From the IMG/VR virus record IMGVR_UViG_3300037466_001622: a stretch of 20,000 bases of DNA. One strand, written 5' to 3'. Of the stretch, positions 14,279-20,000 are shown one piece after another. Below the pieces are notes generated by a model. It was not told where the DNA came from. It made no database searches and saw nothing but the letters and a program-made list of their open reading frames with translations. The position numbers and the translations under genes were made by a program. Positions within the stretch are counted from its first letter, which is position 1, and every line of letters starts with the position of its first letter. This DNA is from an uncultured virus (IMG/VR IMGVR_UViG_3300037466_001622). Taxonomy: Duplodnaviria; Heunggongvirae; Uroviricota; Caudoviricetes.

Positions 14279-15568
14279 TTAGACCGAGCACTTCAGCTTG
14301 CGGATGGCTTCCGCCAGAGTGACCTGGCCGCCAAGACGCTTGCGGAAGATGAAGCGGATGTTACCCGCAGTCGCCTGCGTGTACGGGTCGCGCAGCATCG
14401 ACATCTGAACGCGGTCAACCAGCGTGTACGCCTTGGCGAAGTCGCCGTAAGCGACCGGATAGGCGTTCGCGCCCTCGGACGGCATATCCGGCACCTCGAC
14501 ATAGGGGTCGCCATCAATGGTGTTCGGGCGGCCGAGCGCAATGCCAGGCATCCAGATGTAGTTCTTCTGCGCGTCCTTCAGCTTGCGCACCGAAGCGAGC
14601 GTGCTGCGGTTCAGCGCCCACGAAGCATTGCGGGTGTAAGCCGTCTTGATGCCGTACTTCAGCGAAAGCAGACCGTTGGCCTGGCCGTCCGAGTCAGCGA
14701 TCGTCGCAGCGGTACCCGAAACGGTCTCCGCAACGCCGGCAGCGGTCATCCAGCCTTCCGGCTTGCCGATGCCGTTGCCCGAAACAACTGCGGCGCCTTC
14801 GGCAACAGCGAACTGCTCGGTGGCTTCGCCGCTAATCTCGGCCTCCATGCTGAACGCCGAGTCCTCGAGGTTCTGCTCGCTGATATCGATCAGGGCATAC
14901 ATCTCGTGGGTCGGGATTTCCCACATGCCGTAACGCAGGCCGTCCGTCTCGGCGCGAGTGCCCTGCTCGGCAACCCACTGAGCGGCAAACTGGCCGGTAC
15001 GCTTCGGGATCAGGATGGCCTTGGAAGCGGTGGAACGAACGCGAACGAGCGAACGAACCGGGCTGATTTCCGTGACGCTCTTGATGATCTCGCGAACGTA
15101 CTCCATCGGGGCCAGATAACCACCAGTCGTGTCGTTGCCGACCGACATGGCCTTATATTCGGCCTCGACTTCCTTGAACAGCTTCTGCTGATCAGCGGTC
15201 AGATTGGCAACGCCGTTGATGTTGGCGGAAACAACGCCGCGCGCCCACGACTCGTGGCGCTTCTTCATCTCGGAAGCCTTGTCGGCCGGCGAACCGCCGC
15301 GGAGCTCAAGCTTGGCGAGCTTCTCTTCGATCTCGTCAACGTGCTTCTTCTCTTCGTCGGCGGCCTTCTTGGCCTCCAGCAGAGCGGCGGTCGCCTTCTG
15401 ATTGGCGTCTTCGAACTTCTGCAGTTCGGTTTCGATCTTGCTGAGCTTCTCGGTCACGACCGGGTCAGCAACACCCTTCTTCTTGATTTCGGCGAGCGCG
15501 GCATCATTGGTGGCCTTGAATTCCTCAAAAGCCGTCATGACCTGCTCAATGGCAGTCTTCTCAGACAT
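14279..15568 (-). CDS. Major capsid protein, HK97 fold with an N-terminal delta (scaffold) domain
   Basis: 429 aa. Coiled-coil N-terminal ~138 aa, then K|AMSVGNDTTGGYLAP, WVAE, GNGIGKPEG, LKDAQKNYIW, YGDF...VDR and RDPYT; strongly biased codon usage. Confidence 0.97.
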   Translation of the reverse strand: MSEKTAIEQVMTAFEEFKATNDAALAEIKKKGVADPVVTEKLSKIETELQKFEDANQKATAALLEAKKAADEEKKHVDEIEEKLAKLELRGGSPADKASEMKKRHESWARGVVSANINGVANLTADQQKLFKEVEAEYKAMSVGNDTTGGYLAPMEYVREIIKSVTEISPVRSLVRVRSTASKAILIPKRTGQFAAQWVAEQGTRAETDGLRYGMWEIPTHEMYALIDISEQNLEDSAFSMEAEISGEATEQFAVAEGAAVVSGNGIGKPEGWMTAAGVAETVSGTAATIADSDGQANGLLSLKYGIKTAYTRNASWALNRSTLASVRKLKDAQKNYIWMPGIALGRPNTIDGDPYVEVPDMPSEGANAYPVAYGDFAKAYTLVDRVQMSMLRDPYTQATAGNIRFIFRKRLGGQVTLAEAIRKLKCSV

Positions 15569-15609
15569 GATATTTCCTTGTGAATTTGGATTGTTGACAG
15601 GCTGCCGCG

Positions 15610-16308
15610 TTATGCGGCGAGCGCCCGAATGCGTTCGGCAAGCGAGCGCAGTTCTGCCGACCCATCCTCGTCACGAGGAGCAGTTCCCGGCTCTGCTTCG
15701 TCGCGAAGCAGCATGCTTTTGAAGACCGCGACAGCTTTCACGCTATCCGACCGCGACAAGCCTGCTTCTCGCAGGCCGTCTTCGACAATTCGCGGATTGA
15801 ATTCGTTCTTGACGCTGGTTATGCGAGCCTTTGTGTTAGCCGGGAACGTCACCAGGCTAACCTCCAGAAGGTCGACAGCGTTGAGCGTGCGGCGAGGCTC
15901 TTCAGGCTTCGTCTGCATGGCCCAATCAACCGCCCGAAAGCCGATCGACAAGCCGCTATAGGCTGGTCGCGGCGTCATCTTCAGGAGCTCATAAGCCTCT
16001 TTGCCCTTTTCCGTGTTGGCAAGCTTGCCCTCAACGTAAAGGCCAACATCGTCCTCTCGCATCTCGGTCCAGACGCCGATAGGCGTGCAGTCCTCGCCGA
16101 ACATGCCGCCGTGCTGCGACAGCATAGCCGGCCAAATGCCGCTCTTTTTGGCGTCCGCAAGCGTTTTCTTGAATGCGCCCTTGGCGATCACATCGCCATA
16201 GGAGTCGACGTTTCCAAAAACCGCGCCGTAGCCGGAAAAAGTCATATCGCCGTCTGCGCCAGCAAGTTTTACCTCGCCTAGCGATACGGACATGCGTTCA
16301 ATCGTCAT
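15610..16308 (-). CDS. Prohead (maturation) protease, HK97 family (232 aa)
   Basis: Motifs FSGYGAVFGNVDSYGDVI, MLSQH (His), GLSIGF (Ser) and LLEVSLVTFPAN. Start placed at ATG 16308 (ATGA overlap with the portal stop) rather than 16446. Confidence 0.95.
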   Translation of the reverse strand: MTIERMSVSLGEVKLAGADGDMTFSGYGAVFGNVDSYGDVIAKGAFKKTLADAKKSGIWPAMLSQHGGMFGEDCTPIGVWTEMREDDVGLYVEGKLANTEKGKEAYELLKMTPRPAYSGLSIGFRAVDWAMQTKPEEPRRTLNAVDLLEVSLVTFPANTKARITSVKNEFNPRIVEDGLREAGLSRSDSVKAVAVFKSMLLRDEAEPGTAPRDEDGSAELRSLAERIRALAA

Positions 16309-17543
16309 TGATTGTTGCCCTTCGGCGGCTTGCCGCCATTGTCGCCGCCTGCGGGCGCCACATTTGTTGGCTTCGGAAGCTGTGAAGCGTCGCCGCCCAT
16401 CGGGTTTAGACCCTCCTTGGCGCGCACTTCGTCTTGCGTCATCCATGCCGGCGAGCCACCGGATCCGAGAGCCTTGGTGAAGTACTCTGAGCGGTCCTTG
16501 GTCGCGCCGCGCTCAAGTGCCCACGAGTCGAATTTAGCGCAGTAACCGTTGTCGAAATCGTCGCCAAGCAAATCGCAGTTGATCGACGCCTCGATGCGCT
16601 CCCACCATGGCAAAAGCGTATGCTTTATATGAGCATCAAAGAATGCCTCAGCGCTGGCAAAGGTCGACGTCTTGTCGGAGAAGCCAACCATCTGCGGAAA
16701 GACCTTGAAGGCGCTACAGATTTCAACAATCTGGTGCTTTCTGGTCTCAAGATGCTGCGCATCAACGCCGGTCATCGACCTTGGAGACCACTCCAGGCCG
16801 GAATCGATGACGAGCGGCTTGTGCTTGTTTGCACCACCTACTTGGGCGGCAATCCACGCCTGAAGCTGCTTGTATTTTTCAGGATCGATCTTCTGGTCGC
16901 TCGAAAGCACGCCGGACATTTGCATGCCGTTGGCATGAAGCTCGCCCTGGGTCGCTTCAGTGGCCATCGCGAGGCCGATTGCCTCTCGAGCGCGCCGCGT
17001 GGCGTCCATTCCGAGCCACGTATTCCACGACGGGCCGCGCACGTGCCACACCAACTCCTGCGGCACAGTCATTGACTGACCGTTTACAGTCGTGACGTGG
17101 TATGTAAGCGAATAGTCATCGTTCCTGATTATGGAAACATTGCCAGGCTCAAGGGGTAGAAGCCCCTTGACCTTGCCGCGGACCATAACCTTAAGAAAAA
17201 AGGCATTTCCGGTTAGCATGAGATGGAAAATCATAGTCTCACGCATGCCGAAACTGGTCTGCCAGTCGTTTGGCTTACGAAAAAGCACCGGATAAAGAGG
17301 ATGTTCAGGCGCCGGCACACTTCCGTGCCCGCCGTCAGTCTCTTTCATGATCTGCAGCGGCACCTGAGCAACGCCATCAGCTACGGCGCGAACGCAAGCA
17401 AGCACAGTTGTGACGTCTAGCGCCGTGTCCCAATCGACCGATGCGCCTGATTTCGTCGCCTTGCTTGCAAACCAGGAGTCGAATTCTGCGCTATACGTGA
17501 CCTTCTTGGCCTCTCGGCCGAACAGCCTAGCCCAAATGCCCAT
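16305..17543 (-). CDS. Portal protein, HK97 family
   Basis: Motifs VLACVRAVADGVAQVP, KPNDWQT, LMLTGNAF, DAQHLETRK...ICSAFKVFPQMVG and MTQDEVRAKEGLNP. Confidence 0.96.
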   Translation of the reverse strand: MGIWARLFGREAKKVTYSAEFDSWFASKATKSGASVDWDTALDVTTVLACVRAVADGVAQVPLQIMKETDGGHGSVPAPEHPLYPVLFRKPNDWQTSFGMRETMIFHLMLTGNAFFLKVMVRGKVKGLLPLEPGNVSIIRNDDYSLTYHVTTVNGQSMTVPQELVWHVRGPSWNTWLGMDATRRAREAIGLAMATEATQGELHANGMQMSGVLSSDQKIDPEKYKQLQAWIAAQVGGANKHKPLVIDSGLEWSPRSMTGVDAQHLETRKHQIVEICSAFKVFPQMVGFSDKTSTFASAEAFFDAHIKHTLLPWWERIEASINCDLLGDDFDNGYCAKFDSWALERGATKDRSEYFTKALGSGGSPAWMTQDEVRAKEGLNPMGGDASQLPKPTNVAPAGGDNGGKPPKGNNQ

Positions 17544-17575
17544 GCGGCAATTCTCGCTTCTATGAAAATCGCCGC
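17544..17575 (-). promoter_or_regulatory. 12-bp hairpin ending immediately before the portal ATG
   Basis: Minus strand GCGGCGAUUUUC-AUAGAAGC-GAGAAUUGCCGC-AUG: 10 Watson-Crick pairs plus 2 G-U pairs. Confidence 0.6.
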
Positions 17576-17584
17576 AAAATCGGC

Positions 17585-19543
17585 TTAAATTGGTGGCGGC
17601 TCAGCCATTATTGGCGCTGGTGATGAGTAGTCGACTGCCGGGTCAAGGACTTCCCAAAAAGACTTGCCTTTTTCTATTGGCTTACCATCAACAGCAGCGC
17701 CGACCGCCATGCACAAGGCAACAGCCGGATCGATGCGCACCGTTGACTTCTTTTTGCTGAGCCACTGGTTGCCCATAAGCGGGTCGGTCTCAACTTGTGT
17801 GCCCATAATCGCGCCCATTAGCACCGGGGAAGACCGCAGCCTTATGCGGCCCTCGAGAATAAGAGTCTCGAGCGCGGACATAGATCCAGGCATCCATAAT
17901 CCAAGCGGCGGATCATCGCCGTTGGCTTTTGCTTCCTCGACCTTGTCAGCATCTGGCTTGGCGCGCTTCTTGCCGCCTTGCGGATGCGCTACAGTCTTTA
18001 GCTCGACTCCGTATTCGTCAAGTTCCTGCTCAAACTTATCAAACACGTAACGGTCATAAGCCAGCACGCCAATGCCATGCTCAGCATTGAGGCGCGCAAA
18101 TAGTGCAGCAACATGGTCGTACCGTACGCGAGCGCCAGGAGGTGCATTGATGTACCCTTGCTCCATCCACAGTCGATAAGGCACATGGTCGACCTTGGAC
18201 CGCTCATCCATCGTATCGTAAGGCGTAAACGCCTCAATCCACGCATCGTAAGTAGGCAAGTCAGCCTCGGTGCCGTCTGCGCGCGTAACGCGCTTTGTGC
18301 CGGTCTCCCTAATAAATGCGGCCGCGGTCAAGTCTTTGGCGCCGGAAAGGTCTAGCCCCGCGGCATCAATCTTGCCGGCCCCATCCTCGTACGGATCGAA
18401 ATCCGCCATAACCTTTTCCACCAAGGGTCGAGGTATCCATGACGTATCGGCCTCGGTCCAGACGCAGAAATGCAGTCGCAAGATGCCGTTGCGCTTCGAC
18501 GGAATGTCCTTTGCCTGCGCAACAACGCCAGCCAAGTAGTCATGCTTAAGCGTAACGCCGAAAAGCGGGTTTGCCTTCTGCCAGCAAGTCGGATCAGAGA
18601 ACGGGTCATCGTCCTTGTCTAGCGCGCACACATAACTGAATGTGCTGTCGCTGCCATCCCAAGTATCACCTACATAGGTGAAATCGTCGTCTGGGGTCTG
18701 CGTTCCTGCAGCCACCTTGACGGCGTATTGATGCTCATCCCAACAGATCGTGGTGCGATCGCTGCCGGAGTTCGTAATCATGAACAGCAGCGGTGAGCGG
18801 CGGAATTTAAAGCCGCGCTCTAGCATTTCTAGCACCTTGCCGTCAGGGTGCTCATGGATCTCATCGCACAGGGCGATATATGGGCGCGGCCCGCTGTGTG
18901 CGCCCTCGCGAGAGATTGGGCGGAAGAAGCTGCGCTTCTTCATGTACGACAGATTCCAAACCGGATTGCCACCCGATTTAGTAAGTGTCGCCTTTAACTT
19001 CGGCGACTGCTCATACATCGCGACCGCGTCGCGAAATAGAACAAATGCCTGGTCCTTGTTGGCGGCCGCGGCGTAAATCTCTGCTGCTGCCTCTCCATCC
19101 GCAACCATGCCATAGTGGCCAATGCCACCGGCCAGCGGAGACTTCCCGTTGCCCTTGCCCTGCTCAATGTAGCAGCGACGAAATCGGCGCAGCAAAGCGC
19201 CATCGGATTCGACGCGCTTCCAGCCGAAAATGGAGCCGACAATGAATTTCTGCGACGGGTGGAGCAGAAACGGGCGCCCCTCAAACTGGCCGCCATTAAG
19301 CTTCAGTACCGTCTCAAAGAAGCGGAACACGCGTTCCGCGGCAGCTTCATCCCAATGGATGCCGCGCTTATGTCCGTTCAATCTGTCGTCGCGATGGCGA
19401 CGGCATGCATTCCTAACGTGAGGGCCGGCTACAATTTCGCCTGCCAGCACAGCCTCAGCATACCCATCAACCGGGCCGCTAGGATACTTCGGGTCAAGCT
19501 TAATCGCCGAAGAACTCGTTTGCTGGGTCTTCGCTTTCTTCAT
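17585..19543 (-). CDS. terL: Terminase large subunit (Terminase_1 / HK97-like)
   Basis: Walker A GKGNGKS, Walker B ALCDEIHEH, coupling motif ITN, WQKANP, nuclease GLDLS and RIDPAVA; overlaps terS by 44 nt. Confidence 0.96.
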   Translation of the reverse strand: MKKAKTQQTSSSAIKLDPKYPSGPVDGYAEAVLAGEIVAGPHVRNACRRHRDDRLNGHKRGIHWDEAAAERVFRFFETVLKLNGGQFEGRPFLLHPSQKFIVGSIFGWKRVESDGALLRRFRRCYIEQGKGNGKSPLAGGIGHYGMVADGEAAAEIYAAAANKDQAFVLFRDAVAMYEQSPKLKATLTKSGGNPVWNLSYMKKRSFFRPISREGAHSGPRPYIALCDEIHEHPDGKVLEMLERGFKFRRSPLLFMITNSGSDRTTICWDEHQYAVKVAAGTQTPDDDFTYVGDTWDGSDSTFSYVCALDKDDDPFSDPTCWQKANPLFGVTLKHDYLAGVVAQAKDIPSKRNGILRLHFCVWTEADTSWIPRPLVEKVMADFDPYEDGAGKIDAAGLDLSGAKDLTAAAFIRETGTKRVTRADGTEADLPTYDAWIEAFTPYDTMDERSKVDHVPYRLWMEQGYINAPPGARVRYDHVAALFARLNAEHGIGVLAYDRYVFDKFEQELDEYGVELKTVAHPQGGKKRAKPDADKVEEAKANGDDPPLGLWMPGSMSALETLILEGRIRLRSSPVLMGAIMGTQVETDPLMGNQWLSKKKSTVRIDPAVALCMAVGAAVDGKPIEKGKSFWEVLDPAVDYSSPAPIMAEPPPI

Positions 19544-19886
19544 CCGGTTTTACGCCAGCCTTACTTGCGTCAGCAGGCGTAGCCCCCATTTGTCCATAAC
19601 ACTGGCGCAAGAGATTAAGCGCTTGCACGCCGCACTCCTCACCGGCAATCATTCGTCCTCTAATGCTGGCCGCTATTGCCAAGAACCCACGATGGCTAGA
19701 GTTAAGCCACGGAACCTCGGCGATAATCTCGCGCCATGCCTTCTGCGCATTCTCGTTGAGCCACACGAAAGGCTCACCGACATCGCCGGCAACTTTCGGC
19801 TCTACGCGCTCATCAAATTTCTTGCGGCGAACAGCAGACTGGCCAGTAACTTTCGCCTTGGCCTTCGGCGTTCTCGGTCTGGCCAT
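19500..19886 (-). CDS. terS: Terminase small subunit (P27-family-like)
   Basis: Basic N-terminus MARPRTPKAK, WLNENAQKAWREI, C-terminal MGATPADASK...DPANEFF; directly upstream of terL with an AGGAAG RBS. Confidence 0.88.
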   Translation of the reverse strand: MARPRTPKAKAKVTGQSAVRRKKFDERVEPKVAGDVGEPFVWLNENAQKAWREIIAEVPWLNSSHRGFLAIAASIRGRMIAGEECGVQALNLLRQCYGQMGATPADASKAGVKPDEESEDPANEFFGD

Positions 19887-20000
19887 ATTGACTTCCTAGG
19901 CTAAGCCGCCTACGCTGTTTTATGAGGTCGACGTTGCATTGCTCCGGCCTTAGTCAGCCAGTCCGACCCAACATTTGAATTGGAAAAATGTGCGCCTTGG

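Larger units (their letters stand above)
1..19886 (-). mobile_element. Siphovirus / prophage virion morphogenesis module; extends beyond both window edges
   Basis: Complete, co-oriented and apparently intact gene order from packaging through head and neck to tail, with many 1-4 nt start/stop overlaps. No integrase or att site lies in the window, so free phage versus prophage cannot be decided. Confidence 0.95.

Noticed and set aside
14906..15583. 225-aa plus-strand ORF; similarly 10281-10982, 2736-3383 and 19115-19582
   Set aside because: These are antisense to well-supported structural genes. Long shadow ORFs are expected with GC-rich biased codon usage.
16309..16446. 46-aa N-terminal extension of the prohead protease in the ORF track
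   Set aside because: It overlaps the portal C-terminus and is Arg-rich with no protease-like features. ATG 16308 forms a canonical ATGA coupling.
3005..19886. RcGTA-like gene transfer agent cluster
   Set aside because: The tube, chaperone and DUF3168 genes are GTA-like, but the long TMP, HK97 gp10, lambda J-like tip, linked tailspike and moron indicate a genuine phage.
19897..19912. Small hairpin TAGGC-N6-GCCTA next to the terS RBS
   Set aside because: It is only 5 bp, which is within chance expectation.
1..20000. CRISPR array, tRNA/rRNA, IS element, intron or intein
   Set aside because: No spaced repeats, RNA gene signatures, transposase or splicing motifs were seen. The window is almost fully tiled by phage CDSs.

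Overview
The window is the virion-assembly (late) operon of a temperate-type siphovirus or prophage with an HK97-fold head and a lambda-like long non-contractile tail. It is probably from an alphaproteobacterial (Rhizobiaceae-like) host; this is inferred from roughly 60% GC and the protein families seen. Almost all genes lie on the minus strand, read right to left: terminase small and large subunits, portal, prohead protease, major capsid, Bbp16-like cement protein, small head-region protein, head-tail connector, second decoration-like protein, second small protein, head closure, HK97 gp10-like, DUF3168 tail terminator, tail tube, tail assembly chaperone with an extension reached by -1 frameshift, tape measure (TMP), distal tail, hub, DUF6950/NlpC-like, J-like tail tip, three tandem paralogous small proteins, and a beta-helix tailspike that runs off the left edge and is missing from the ORF track. 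The only credible plus-strand gene is an 84-aa secreted 'moron' between the chaperone and the tape measure gene. It shares a low-GC block with the 5' part of the tape measure gene and is a candidate superinfection-exclusion protein paired with its TMP. Other notable points are a GGGAAAC slippery site followed by a cUCCGg hairpin, a 12-bp hairpin covering the portal start region, an 80-aa domain inserted into a fibronectin-like domain of the tail tip, and a repeated 'decoration protein + small protein' gene pair. All family assignments come from motif recognition and gene order, not database searches.
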